Positions 36,050 through 49,439 of a DNA stretch of 64,000 nucleotides are shown piece after piece. The first letter of the stretch is position 1. Each line of letters opens with the position of its first letter. Where the stretch lies: contig NC_086108.1 in the NCBI RefSeq assembly GCF_963921235.1, positions 110,424,001-110,488,000 on the forward strand, given 5' to 3'. The stretch is from Mobula hypostoma. Taxonomy: Eukaryota. The notes under the pieces are model-generated. The model made no database searches. It was given only the letters and a program-made list of their open reading frames with translations, and had not been told where the DNA came from. The translations under genes and the position numbers were made by a program.

Positions 36050-36440
36050 GGCACTCCTTCCCTCTGTGACCCTGCGGGTCACCCTTGGCAAGGTGTAGCA
36101 TCTGCTTAGCCCCCAATCAGGGTTACATGAAACCAAGGGAACAGGTGGTGGATGGTCGTATGAGCAGCTGGTCCATTTCACAAGTCCTGGTTATGCAACC
36201 ACTGATGCCAGGCAGACAATCTCTGAAGAATATTGATGATGGCTGAGGATCACCAGTCTTGTAAACACCGTAGACACTGCCCAGAAGAAGGCAATGGAAA
36301 AACACTTCTGTAGAAAAAATTACCAAGAGCAATGATGGTCATGCATAGAATAAGAACAACACTATGAAGGGGCTTGTCCCCACAGGCAATAAAGACAGAT
36401 GGAAGAGCATGATCGCCCACATCACACGACACAGCACATG
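36050..36440 (+). mobile_element. RTE-derived non-autonomous element (Bov-A-like motifs)
   Basis: gaagaaggcaatggaaaaacacttctgtag motif; ends ...acacgacacagcaca directly before a trinucleotide tail. Confidence 0.65.
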
Positions 36441-36648
36441 ATGATGATGATGATGATGGTGGTGGTGATGATGATGATGGTGGTGGTGATGATGATGATG
36501 GTGATGATGATGGTGGTGGTGGTGATGGTGATGATGGTGATGATGGTGGTGGTGATGATGATGATGATGATGATGGTGGTGGTGATGATGATGATGGTGG
36601 TGGTGATGATGATGATGATGGTGATGATGGTGATGATGGTGGTGATGA
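36438..36648 (+). repeat. (TGA/TGG)n trinucleotide microsatellite, about 70 units
   Basis: Direct reading. Confidence 0.97.
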
Positions 36649-37434
36649 CACCAGCAGTCACTGATCCCCTGGCATCGCATCACCTTCGGAAGGAGGAACA
36701 GCCAGCACTGTCTCCACTGTGTTCCTTTGAGAACAACCAGCTGTAGATGTGAAATGAAGTCTGAACCAAGTCATTCAGATGCAGATGGAGAGTATTTGTA
36801 CAGACCGGGGAGTCGTGGATGACACTTCTTGCTGCCTCAGTGGAACAGCCATCATAATCAAAGAACCCTGCCCCTCAACCCACCCTGGGCATCCTCTCCT
36901 CTCCCTTCTCCTATCAGGCGGAGACACAAAAACTTGAAAACGTGTACCACCAGACTCTAGGATAGTTTCTATCCAACTGTTATCAGACTCTTGAACAGTG
37001 CTCTTGTATGATAAGATGGACTCTTGGCCTCACAGTCTACCTTGTTATGATCTTGTACTTTATTGTTTACCTGCACTGCACCTTCATTGTACCTGTAGCA
37101 CTTGATTCTGCACACTGTTATTGTTTTACCTTGTTCTACCTCAATACACTGTGTAATGAATTGATCTGTACATACAGTGTGCAAGACAACTTTTTCACTG
37201 TATCTTGGTACATGTGACAATAATAAACCAATTCCAACTGGAGTCTCTGGGTCTGAAAAGCAACTTGAAGAAACACTTTCCTAAGCAGTTAAGGTGGTAG
37301 AATTCTTCTCTTCACAGAGGATTTTTTTCCCAGCGTCCATGTGAACCGTAAGTTTGAGTCTGAGAGACTTTTACTAAACAGTGACGTTTCTAGAGTCAAG
37401 GGTTTGCAGGACAGAAGGAGACTAGTTGGTCCAT

Positions 37435-38920
37435 CATATCAGGTTTAATATCACTGACATTTATGATGAAATCTGTTCTATTTATTTATTTATTTATTGA
37501 TTGATTGGGCTCGAATGTGGAGTAAGGTTGTTTGTGACAGCAGTATGTTACAGTACTATAAATTGCAATGAGAAATACATGAAATAAATAAAGCATAAGA
37601 GGAATAACAAGGTGGTGTTCATGGGTTCATGGATCATTTAGAAACGTGATTGTGGAAGGGAAGAAGCTGTTCCTAAAACGCTGAGTGTGTGCCTTCAGGC
37701 TCCGTACCTCCTCCCCGGTGGTAACAATGAGAGGAGAGCGTGTCCTGGATGGTAATGGTGCTGCTTGAGGCATCGCCTTTGGAAGAAGACTTCGATGGTG
37801 GGGAGGGATGTGTCCATGGTGGAGATGGCGGGGAGGGACGTGTCCATGGTGGAGATGACAGGGAGGGACGTGTCCATGGTGGAGATGGCGGGGAGGTTCG
37901 TGTCAGTGGTGGAGATGGCGGGGAGGGACGTGTCCATGGTGGAGATGGCGGGGAGGGTCGTGTCAGTGGTGGAGATGGTGGGGAGGGACGCGTCCATGGT
38001 GGAGATGGCGGGGAGGGATGCGTCCATGGTGGAAATGGTGGGGAGGGTTGTGTCAATGGTGGAGATGACGGGGAGGGATGTGTCAGTGGTGGAAATGGCG
38101 GGGAGGGATGTGTCCATGGTGGAAATGGTGGGGAGGGTTGTGTCAATGGTGGAGATGGCGGGGAGGGTCGTGTCCATGGTGGAGATGACGGGGAGGGACA
38201 CGTCCACGGTGGAGATGCTGGGGAGGGATGTGTCCACGGTGGAGATGGTGGGGAGGGATGTGTCCATGGTGGAAATGGTGGGGAGGGTTGTGTCAATGGT
38301 GGAGATGGTGGGGAGGGTCGTGTCCATGGTGGAGATGCTGGGGAGGGATGTGTCCATGGTGGAGATGGCTGACTCTCTCTCTGCAGCCTCTCGTGATCTT
38401 GTGCATTGGAGCCTCCATACCAGACGGTGATGCAACCAGTCAGAATGCCCTCCACCGTACATCTGTAGAAATTTGCTGAAGTCTTTGGTGACGTACCAAA
38501 TCTCCATAAACACCGAATGAAATTGAGCCTTCTTACACCCGGGATAGATCGTCAGAGATGTTGGCATCCAGGAACTTGAAGCTGCTCATCCTTTCCACTG
38601 CCGACCCCTCGATGAGGACAGGCGTGTCTTCCCTCGACTTCCCCTCCTGAAGTGCACAATCAATTCCCTGGTCTTACTGACATTGAGTACAAGGTTTTTG
38701 TTCTGACACCATTCAAGCAGCCATTTTATTTCACTCCTATATACCTCCTCGTCATCATCTGACATTCTGCCAAGAATAGCGAATTTATAGATGGTGTTTG
38801 GAGAGTTTATAGCTGGTGTTTGAGCTGTGCCGGGCCACACAATGATGAGTGTAGAGAGGAGAACACTGGGCTAAGCATGAATCCTTGAGGTGAGGCAGTG
38901 TTGACTGTCAGCGAGGAGGA
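37435..38920 (-). mobile_element. Rex1/Babar LINE fragment containing a minisatellite
   Basis: LVLNVSKTRELIVHFR, ILTGCITVWYG, HPGHALLSLLP. Confidence 0.82.
37801..38370 (+). repeat. 30-bp minisatellite, 19 units
   Basis: Consensus GGGAGGGATGTGTCCATGGTGGAGATGGYG. Confidence 0.96.
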
Positions 38921-39113
38921 TCTCTCCATTCCCTACATATTTATGTGTCCGTCTAACAGTTTCTATTGCCATTATCGTATCTGCTTCTAACACAGTCCAT
39001 TCCAGGAACCTACCATTCTCTCTGTAAAAACCTATCCCACACATCTTGCCCCTCTCACCTTACATGGATGTCCTCTGGTGTTTGACATTTTTTACCCTGT
39101 GAAAAGCACTCTC

Positions 39114-39529
39114 TGTTGCAAGGAACGGGGCGAACCCAAACGCAGGACACTGGCTCGGAGATTGAGTTAGGATGCAGACGAGGGTGTGAGAGTGGCTGGA
39201 GCTGAACAGCAAACAGGAGGGAGTGCAGGAAAGCAGGAGGCAGGCTGAACTTATCTTAACATGGAGCGTAGAAAGGTAAGTGGTAGATAATACTTTTCTT
39301 CACACGGAGAGACAGAGCTTCACAGGTAAACCTCGGTATTGAAGTAAACTTAGAATTCACAATCCTAAGCGGTCGGGAACATTAATCACCACACTGGCTA
39401 AAACAACGATCTGGCAACGAGTGGATGCAAAGCCGGGGTTTTTATGCTGCAGGACTTGATGAGAACCAGGTGTGCCGCCATCAAAGGGAATTAGGAGAAA
39501 ATGGGGAATTAATGGTCGGGACCGTGACA
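39114..39529 (-). mobile_element. Solo LTR, 416 bp
   Basis: TGT...ACA ends; flanks CTCTC/CTATC (5-bp TSD with one mismatch); interrupts a CR1 fragment. Confidence 0.7.
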
Positions 39530-39667
39530 CTATCTCTGCCTCTCACAATTTTATAACACCTCTATCAGATCTCCAGAGAAAACAACCCAAGTTTGTCCAA
39601 TCTCTCCTTATAGCTCCTGCCCTCTAATCCAGGCAGTATGAACTCATTGGGCCAAAGGACCTGTTTA

Positions 39668-40160
39668 AGACCATAAGACCATAAGATATAGGAGCAGAAT
39701 TAGGCCCTTTGACCCATTGAGTCTATTCTGCCATTTCATCATGGCTGGTCCATTTCCCCCTCAACCTTACTCTCCTGCCTTCTCCTCAAAACGTTTCATG
39801 CCCTGACTAATCAAGAATCTATCAACTTCTGCCTTAAATATACCCAGTGACTTGGCCTCCACAGCTGTCTGTGGCAATAAATTCCACAGGTTCACCACCC
39901 TTGGGATAAAGAAATTCCTCCTCATCTCCCTTCTAAATAGATGTCCCTCTATTCTGAGGGTGTGCCCTCTGGTCCTAGACTCCCCCACGATAGTAAACAT
40001 CCTCTACACATCCACTTAATTGAGGCCTTTCAAAATATTATAGGTTTCAATGAAAAACCTATCTGAATTTTGAATTCTAGTGACTAGAGGCCCAAGACCT
40101 CGAACGCTCCTCATAAGATAAGCTTTTCAGTCTGGAATCACTGATGTGAACCTCCTTTTA
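39668..40160 (-). mobile_element. CR1 3' fragment
   Basis: ESRTRGHTLRIEGH...WNLLP; accataag repeat tail. Confidence 0.8.
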
Positions 40161-40665
40161 AGAGTTGTATGACTCATGATTCCATCCTCAGTCCTGGCTG
40201 CTTCCTCTCTCGTTGATTTGGATGTTGATTTGGCCATGGTCTCAATGAACGCTGGAAGAAACTTGATGGACTGATTGGCCTCTTCCCCGTCACTAGAAAG
40301 TGAAATTTCAGGTTAATATTGAATAATGAACAATATAGTCTGTGTGTACCTCAACAGAATCCTGTCCTCTGATAGTAAGGTTACAATTTTTGATTAATGA
40401 TTATAAGGACACACCTTAGAATATAGAACAAAGAGACAATACAGACCCTTTGGCTCATAATGTTGTGCTGACATTTTGACCTACTCTAAGATCGATCTAA
40501 CCCTTCCTGTTCACGTTTTTTTTATTATACATCAAGCTCAAGTTCAAGTCTGTCATTCAAACATACACATGATTACCCATGAAAACAGCCAAACAAAACA
40601 GTGTTACTCAAGGGCCAAAGTGCAAAACACAGTACCAGCAGTCACACACAGCACAAAGCATGCAT

Positions 40666-40668
<3 letters not shown>

Positions 40669-40706
<38 letters not shown>
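40669..40706. repeat. (TA)n microsatellite
   Basis: Direct reading. Confidence 0.97.
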
Positions 40707-40709
<3 letters not shown>

Positions 40710-41333
40710 AGCACATCCAAGATATTGTTAAGATAGCCACACAAAAAAATATATAGTCCAAGTCCATAAGTCTACGAACGTTGCAGAAGTCTGTAAAGGA
40801 AATGGGAGCACTCAGTTGTAATGGAAACGTTGGCTCTCCTAATCACAGGACAATTTACAGTGACCAGTTAACCTTTCAACCGGAACGTCTCTGGAATGTG
40901 GGAGGAAACTGGATCACTCAGTGGAAATCCACCTGGTCACAGGGAGAATGTATAATCTCCTTACAGGCAGTGGTAGGAATTGGATCCAGTTCGCTGGTAC
41001 TGTAAAATGTTGTGCTCACCTCTACATTACCATGCCGACTCAGTATAGATAGATAGATAGATAGACAGGCATACCTTATTGATCCCGAGGGAAATTGGGT
41101 AAATATGCTGCTGTGCTGTCCCTTTTGTTTTTGTTGTGGCTGGCCACCCGTGATTGTATGGCTAGGCGCAGCTCAAATGCCATCTATAAATTTGCTGACA
41201 GCACAATTATTGTTGGAAGAATTTCAGATGGTGACGAGAGAGCATATAGGAGCGAGATACAGTATATCAGCTAGCTGAATGGTGTCACAGCAACATTTCA
41301 TAGAACATAGAACATAAAACATAGGCATTTATT

Positions 41334-41974
41334 TTAGATTATGAGGACACGCAGTTCTCTTTTATTGTCATTTAGTAATGTATGCATTAAGAAATGATAC
41401 AATGTTTTTCCAGAATGATATCACAGAAACACATGACAAACCGACTTAAAAACTAACAAAAACCACATAATTATAACGTATACTTACAACAGTGCAAAGC
41501 AATACTGTAATTTGATAAGAACAGAATGGCACAGTAAAAGTCTCAAAGTCTCTCGAAAGTCCCATCATCGCACGCAGACGGTGAACCTCCAGCGCCGCCA
41601 ACTTGCCGGTGCAGCATCCTGGAAGCATCCGACCACAGTCCGACTCCGAGTCCGTCCGAAAACTCCGAGCCTCCGACCAGCTCTCCGACACCGAGCACCG
41701 AGCACCATCTCTGCCGAGTGCTTCGACCCCGGCCCCAGCAACAGGCAATAGGCAAAGCCGAGGATTTGGGGCCTTCCCCTCCGGAGATTCTTGATCGCAC
41801 AGTCGCAGCAGCAGCGAAGCGGGCATTTCAGAAGTTTCTCCAGGTGTTCCTCCATGCTTCTCACGGCTGTCTCCATCAAATCTGGATTGTGCACGGCCCC
41901 CTAGTTAACACATACGATATTCGTTCGGAATGGTCGCGCACACTGCATCGCACCGCCATCTTCTCCTCCCTCCT
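41334..41974 (-). mobile_element. Non-autonomous retroposon, copy C
   Basis: Head with AAGATGGCGG (41962-41953); collinear with copies A and B. Confidence 0.85.
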
Positions 41975-43440
41975 TTAATTTACAGCACATTACAGGCCCT
42001 TCGGCCCACAATATTGTGCCGACCACGCAACCTACTCTAGAAACTGTCTACCGCATAGCCCTCTATTTTTCCAAGCTCCATGTACCTATCTAAGAGGTTC
42101 TTAAAAGACCACATTGTATCCGCTTTCACCTCTTCCGTCGACAGTGCATTCCACTCACCCACCACTCTCTGTGTGAAAAACTTACCCCTGACATCTCTTC
42201 GGTACCCATTTCCAAGCACCTTAAAACTATGCCCCCTCGTTTTAGGCATTTCAGCCCTGGGAAAAAACCTCTGACTATCCACATGATCAATGCCTCTCAT
42301 CATCTTATACACCTCTATCAGGTCAGTTCTCATCCTCCATCACTCCAAGGAGAAAAGGCCAAGTTCACTCAACCTATTCTCATAAGGTATGGCCTCCAAT
42401 CCAGCCAACATCCTTGTAAATCTCCCCTGCACTCTCTCTATAGTATCCACATCCTTCCACTAGTGAGGTGACCAGAACTGAGCACAGTACTCCAAGTGGG
42501 GGTCTAACCAGGTCTTAAGTAACTGTAACATTACCTCACGGCTCTCGAACTCATTCCCATGGTTGATGAAGGCCAACACACCATATGCCTTCTTAACCAC
42601 ACTGTCAACCTGCACAGCAGCTTTGAGTGTCCTATGGACACAGATCCCAAGATGCCTCTGATCCTTCACACTGCCAAGAGTCTTACTATTAATATTATGG
42701 TCTGTCGTCAAATTTGACCTATCAAAATGAACCACTTCACACCTATCTGGATTGAACTCCATCTGCCACTTCTCAGCCCAGTTCTGCATCCTATCGATGT
42801 CCCACTGTAACCTCTGACAGCCCTCCAGACCATCCACAACACTCCCAACTTTTATGATATCAGCAGACTTACTAAACCACCCTTCAACTTCCTCATCCAA
42901 GTCATTTATAAAAAAATCACAAAGAGGAGGGGTCCCAGAGCAGATCCCTGTGGAACATCACTGGTCACCATCCTCCACGCAAAATAAGAACCACAAATTC
43001 TGGATGCACAATGCAAGATCTCCTTGGATCCCAAGCCTCATTACTTTCTGAATGATCTTTCCATGGGGAACCTTATCAAATTCTTTACTGAAATCCATAT
43101 ACAACACATCCACTTCTCTACCTTCATCAATGTGTTTTGTTACATCCTCAAGGAATTCATCAGGATCGTAAGGTACGACCTGCCCTTGACAAAGCCATGC
43201 TGATTATCCATAATCAGATTGTCTCTCCAAATGCTTATAAATCCTGCCTCTCAGGATCTTCTCCAACAACTTTCCCACCACTGAAGTCAGACTCACTGGT
43301 CTATAATTTCCTGGGTTACCTCTACTCCCTTTCTTGAACAAGGGAACAACATCTGCAGCACTTCAATCCTCTGGTACTTCTCCCATCCCTATTGATGATG
43401 GAAAAATCATTGCCAGAGGCTCAGTAATCTCCTCCCTCAC

Positions 43441-44107
43441 TTATACTTTATGCTTTATACTTTATTATCGCCAAACAATTGATACTAGAACATACAATCA
43501 TCACAGCAATATTTAATTCTGCCCTTCCTACTCCCTGGATTACAAATATTAAATATTAAAAATAGTAAAAATTAGTAAATATTAAAATTTTAAATTATAA
43601 ATCATAAATAGAAAATAGAAAAATGGAAAGTAAGATGGTGCAAAAAAACCGAGAGGCAGGTCCGGATATTTGAAGGGTACAATCCAGATCCGGGTCAGGA
43701 TCCGTTCAGCAGTCTTATCACAGTTGGAAAGAAGCTGTTCCCAAATTTGGCCGTAGGAGTCTTCAAGCTCCTGAACCTTCTCCTGGAGGGAAGAGGGATG
43801 AAAAGTGTGTTGGCTGGGTGGGTCGTGTCCTTGATTATCCTGGCAGCACTGCTCCGACAGCGTGCGGTGTAAAGTGAGTTCAAGGACGGAAGATTGGTTT
43901 GTGTGATGTGCTGCGCTATGTTCACGATCTTCTGCAGCTTCTTGTGGTCTTGGACAGGACAACTTCCATACCAGGTTGTGATGCATTCTAAAAGAATGCT
44001 TTCTACGGTGCATCTATAAAAATTAGTGAGGGTTTTAGGGGACAGGCCAAATTTCTTTAGTTTTCTCAGGAAATAATGGAACTGGTGGGTCTTCTTAGCA
44101 GTGAACT
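43441..44107 (-). mobile_element. Rex1/Babar LINE 3' fragment
   Basis: IIKDTTHPANTLFIPLPSRRRFRSL...NSFFPTVIRLLN; UTR shared with 3722-4023. Confidence 0.85.
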
Positions 44108-45384
44108 ATTCCCAAAGTAGCTTGGTGTATACTTTATCCAGTCCCAGTGACTTACCTGACTTAATGCTTTTCAAAACTCCAGCACATCCTCTTTCTTAAT
44201 GTCTATATGCTCAAGCATTTCAGTCTGCTGTAAGTCATCCCCGCAATTCCCAAGGTCCTTTTCCCCTCGTGAATACTGAAGCAAAGCACTCATTAAGTAC
44301 CTCTGCTACCTCCTTTGGCTCCATGCACACATTTCCACAATCACTCCTGATTGGTCCTATTCTCACACGGCTCATCTTCTTGTTTTTCACGTAGAATGCC
44401 TTGGGGTTTTCCTTAATCCTGCTCACCAAGACCTTCTCATGGCCCCTTCTGGCCTTCCTAATTCCATTCTTAAGCTCCTTCCTGGCAACCCTGTAATTTC
44501 CTAGAGCTCTAACAGTACCGTGTTTCTCAAACCTTTTATAAGCTTTTCTTTTTTTCTTAACTAGATTTTCTACATCCTCAATTTCACTCGATGTCAGTGA
44601 GATGAAAGAACTGATTGTGTACTTCAGGAAGTTTCCAATATATCGATGCAGCTACAAAGAAGTTGTGACGGTGGCTATATTTCATTCAGAGTTTGAGAAG
44701 ATTTGGTATGTCACCAAAGACACTCGCAAAGTTTTACAGGTGTACCGTGGAGAGCATTCTAACTGGTATCAGGGTGGGGGGAGTCTACTGCACAGGACTG
44801 GAAGAAGCTGCAGAGAGCTGTAAACTTAGTCAGCTCCGTTCTGGGCACCAGCCTCCGTAGTATCAGGGCATTTTCAAAGGAAGGTGTCTCAAGCAGGCAG
44901 CATCCATCATTAAGGACCCTCATCATCCAGAACATGCATCCTTCTCATTGCTAACATTAGGAAGGAGCTGCTGGAGCCTGAAGGCACACACACAACATAG
45001 GTAAGCTATGTTATGCATTTAGTGCATATTTATTGTGTTCATTTTATTATTGTTGTACTCTTTATCTTAGTTTGTTTTTGTGCTGGATCGGATCTGGAGT
45101 GACAGTTATTTCATTCTCCTTACACCTGTGTACCGGAAGTGAATCACACAGGTTGAACAACAGAACGGTACAGACTACAAACCCAAGTGCTGAGGTGACA
45201 ATAATGGAAGGGGTGGAATTAAGGGTCCAAGAACATGTCAGCCCCACCAGGAGAGATGATTAGTTCAGCAATCTGACAGCAGTGGGGAAGAAGCTGCTCT
45301 TGAGGTTGGTCACCTGGGCTTTCAATCTCCCGTATCTTCTCCCAGAAGGTAAAAGAGAGAAGAGGGAATGGTCAGGGGGGCACA

Positions 45385-46790
45385 CAATAGACAATAGACA
45401 ATAGGTGCAGGAGTAGGCCATTCGGACCTTCGAGCCAGCACCGCCATTCACTGTGATCATGGCTGATCGTCTGCAATCAGTACCCCCTTCCTGCCTTCTC
45501 CCCATATCCCTTGACTCCACTACCTTTAAGAGCTCTATCTAACTCTTTCTTGAAAGCATTCAGAGAATTGGCCTCCACTGCCTTCTGAGGCAGAGCATTC
45601 CACAGAACCACAACCCTCTGTCTGAAAAAGTTTTTCCTCAACTCCGTTCTAAATGGTCTACCCCTTATTCTTAAACTGTGGCCTCTGGGTCTGGACTCCC
45701 CCAACATTGGGAACATGTTTCCTGCTTCTAGCGTGTCCAATCCCTTAATGATCTTATATGTTTCAATCAGATCCCCTCTCATCCTTCTAAATTCCAGTGT
45801 ATACAAGCCCAATTGCTCCAATCTTTCAACATATGACAGTCCTGCCATCCCGGGAATTAACCTCTACGCTGCACTCCTTCAATAGCAAGAATGTCCTTCC
45901 TCAAATTTGGAGACCAAAACTGCACACAATACTCCAAGTGTGGTCTCACCAGAGCCCTGTACAACTGCAGAAGGACCTCTTTGCTCCTATACTCAACTCC
46001 CCTTGTTATGAAGGCCAACATGCCATTAACTTTCTTCACTGCCTGCTGTATCTGCATGCTTACTTTCAGTGACTGATGAACAAGGACACCTAGATCTCGT
46101 TGTACTTCCCCTTTTCCTAACTTGACACCAGGCAGATAGTAATCTGCCTTCCTGTTCTTGCCACCAAAGTGGATAACCTCACATTTATCCACATTAAACT
46201 GCATCTGTCATGCATCTGCCCACTCACCCAACCTGTCCAAGTTACCCTGCATTCTCATAACATCCTCCTCACATTTCACACTGCCACCCAGCTTTGTGTC
46301 ATCTGCAAATTTGCTAATGTTACTTTTAATCCCTTCACCTAAATCATTAATGTATATTGTAAATAGCTGCGGTCCCAGCACCGGGCCTTGTGGTACCCCA
46401 CTAGTCACTGCCTGCCATTCTGAAAGGGACCCGTTAATCCCTACTCTTTGTTGCCTGTCTGCCAACCAATTTTCTATCCATGTCAGTACCCTACCCCCAA
46501 TGCAATGTGCTCCAATTTTGCCCACTAATCTCCTATGTGGGACCTTATCAAAGGCTTTCTGAAAGTCCAGGTACACTACATCCACTAGCTCTCCCTTGTC
46601 CATTTTCATTGTTTCATCCTCAAAAAATTCCAGAAGATTAGTCAAGCATGATTTCCCCTTCGTAAATCCATGCTGACTTGGACCGATCCTGTTACTGCTA
46701 TCCAAATGTGCCGCTATTTCATCCTTTATAATTGACTCCAGCATCTTCCCCACCACTGATGTCAGACTAACTGGTCTATAATTCCCTGGG
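45385..46790 (-). mobile_element. Fairly young CR1, 5'-truncated, few lesions
   Basis: ORFs 46208-46756, 45857-46204, 45477-45848; (CAATAGA)n tail. Confidence 0.92.
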
Positions 46791-46886
46791 GCAGGTATTA
46801 GCTTTAGGTAGAAACAGTTTCCATGACTGGATGTCTCTGTACCTCGTATGTTCTCCTGTCACTGAACTCTCCTCTGCTCTGTCTGA

Positions 46887-47200
46887 GGGCACCATGGTAA
46901 TGTAGTGGTTAGCGTGACACTATTACAGCTCGGGCCGTCGGAGTTCGGAGATTAATTCCGGCATCGTCTGTAAGAAAGTCTGTACAGCCTTCCCATGTGT
47001 GGCGACTTTCCTCCGGGTGCTCTGGTTTCCTCCCACAGTCCAAAGATGTACCGGTTAATAGGTTAATTGTCCTGTGATTAGGCTAGGGTTAAATCGGTGG
47101 GTTGCTGGGCAACACGGTTCGTTAGGCTGAAATGGCCTGTTCCGCACTGTTTCCCTAAATAAATAGATAGATAGATAGATAGATTAGATAGATAAATGAA
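46887..47200 (+). mobile_element. tRNA-derived V-SINE (HE1-like), near full length
   Basis: A-box-like tggtaatgtagtgg; V-domain ttcctccgggtgctctggtttcctcccacagtccaaag; CR1-like tail ggctgaaatggcctgtt; (TAGA)n end. Confidence 0.8.
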
Positions 47201-49439
47201 TAAAGTTGCCTGTACTGATCCGGGTTCCCACACTTCCTTCAACATTTTCACTGTTCTCATATTTCTAACTCACTTGCCAGGGATTCCTTCCAGAAGAGGC
47301 GGGGACTGATGGGAAAAAGTACAGAAGATGCCAAACAGTTTTGTAATCATAAACACAAGGATTCTGCAGATGCTGGAAATCCAGAACAACACACACAAAA
47401 TGCCGGAGGAACTCAGCAGGTCAGGCAGCATCTATGGAGAGGAATAGACAGTTGATGTTTCGGGCATTTCTCAAGCCTCCTATCGTGGGTTTTCTAAGAT
47501 GGGAGTTCAGTGAGACCTTCCCTTGCTGCTCCCCCTCTGTGATCTCCAACTCTTCGACCATGTGCTCATCCAGAATTGCTCCTTCCTTTCCAGTCCTGAT
47601 GTAGGGATTCGGCCCAAAATATCAGCTGATACACTCCGCGCTCTGAAATGATGAAATGGTCTGTATAGATCGACTTACCTCAGTCTATGTGACAATAATA
47701 GTGCAAATTACCAATTTAACAATTCCCTGTAGAGGCCCAACTTCCATTCATCTACCCCCAAATCTTACACTGGTCCATTCTTCTCCACGTGTTGACGGAA
47801 GTTCAAAGAACCGGTCAGTCACTTGCCTCACACATAAACGTTTTGTTGACTCATATGGCACAGAAACAGCTCACTGAGTCCATGATGACGACCAACCACT
47901 CATCCACTCTAATCCCATTCCATTGTCCTCTCTTTCCCATCACCTCCCCTAGTTCCCACCACCCACCAAACAGAGTACAATGTAAAACAACAGCAGAATG
48001 CAGAATGAAGTGTTACAGCTACAGAGAGAGAGCAGGACAATATGGCAGAAGGTTGTAACAAAGTAGATTGTGAGGTCAAGGGTCTATCTTATCGTACTAG
48101 GGGTTGTTAAAACAGTGGGATAGAAGCTCTCCTTGAGCCTGGTTGTAGGTGCTTTCAGGGTTTTACATCTTCTACCTGATGGGAAAGGGGGGAAAAGAGA
48201 ATGCCCAGGGTGGGAGGGGTTTTGATTATGTTGGCTGCTTTATTAAGTGTAGGCACAGAGGGGAGACTGGTTTTCATGATGTGCTGAGCTGTGTCCACGA
48301 CTTTCTGCAGTTTCTTGTGCAGAGCAGTTACTGTACCAGGCCGTGATATATCTGATAGAATGCTTTCTGTGGTGCATTGATAAAACTGGGGAGGGTCAAA
48401 GGGGACATGCCAAATTTCCTTGGCCTCTAGAGGAAGTAGAGGCTTTGGTGAGTTTTCCTGGCCGTGACGTCTACATGATTGGACCAGGACAGTCTTTTGG
48501 TGGTGTTCACTCCAAGGAACTTGAAGCTCCCAACCCTCCCAACCTCAGTGTCGTTGATGTAGACAGGAGCATGTGTCCCTCCCGTCTTTCTGAGGTGAAC
48601 GTCCAGCTCTTTTGTTGACACTGATGGAAAGGTTGTTGTCACAACAACATGTCACTGGGCTCTCATCTCCTTCCTGTACTCTGACTCATCATCTGAGATG
48701 TGGCCTGGTACAGTGGCATTATCCACAAGCCTGGAGATAGAGACATAGAGCAGAATCTGGCCATACAGTCATGGTGTTTCCCAAACTGGGGTCCACGCAC
48801 CCTTTGGTCCATAGCATAAAAAAGGCTGGAAACCCCTGCTCTACAGAGAGTAGAGGAGAGCACAACGCAACCTTGACAAGCACCAGTGTTTAGAATAATT
48901 TTGCAAGAGGTGTTGCTGCTGATTGTGGTCCATTGGTTAGGAGGTCAAGGATCCATTTGAAAAGGAAGCTGTTAGGTCCCAGATCTAGCAGTCTGGAGAT
49001 GAGTTTGCTTGGATGTATGATATTGAAGGCTCCAATAAAGAATCTGATTCAGATCAAGATATTTATGACTAACATGGGTTGTGAAATTTGGTGTCTTGTG
49101 CTAGCAGTACAGTGCAATGCAAAAAACATGAGTCTACACTCAGTCGTCACTTTATTGTGAACCTTCTGTACCTAATAAAGTGGCCAGCCACTGAGTCTAT
49201 GTTCATGGTCGGCTGTTGCTGCAGCCCATCCACTTCAAGTTTCAACATGTTGTGCGTTTGGAGATACTTTTTCAAGATTCAAGTTTATTTAATGTTATTT
49301 CCAGTGCACAAGTGTAAAGGAAAACAAAATCATTGTTACTCTGGATCCTAAGCAGCATAAAAAGAACACAATAAGATAAAGCACACACATCAAATATAAA
49401 TACATAAGATAGCTTATGTACATAGATTGCCATAAAACG

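Larger units (their letters stand above)
41298..44580 (-). mobile_element. Decayed CR1, interrupted at 41334-41974 and 43441-44107
   Basis: ORFs 42037-42333, 42460-42900 and 44235-44429 collinear with CR1 ORF2; (CATAGAA)n tail at 41298. Confidence 0.85.

Noticed and set aside
35126..36181. 351-aa ORF on the minus strand
   Set aside because: Chance read-through across an RTE-derived element, unique DNA and a Rex fragment (HLYFLRRL...ESILTGCITVW); not a coherent protein.
36250..36746. Poly-His, poly-Ser/Pro and poly-Met/Val ORFs
   Set aside because: Translations of the (TGA/TGG)n microsatellite; no splice or gene context.
37673..38567. Extensin-, mucin- or Gly-rich long ORFs; also considered as a CRISPR-like array
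   Set aside because: Caused by a stop-free 30-bp tandem unit inside a LINE; no unique spacers; eukaryotic context.
46887..46965. tRNA gene
   Set aside because: Degenerate SINE head; no complete cloverleaf, and it continues into a V-domain.
48774..48838. Possible hAT-type MITE remnant
   Set aside because: Termini resemble CAGGGGTTCCCAA-type TIRs, but the left end is damaged and no 8-bp TSD is visible.
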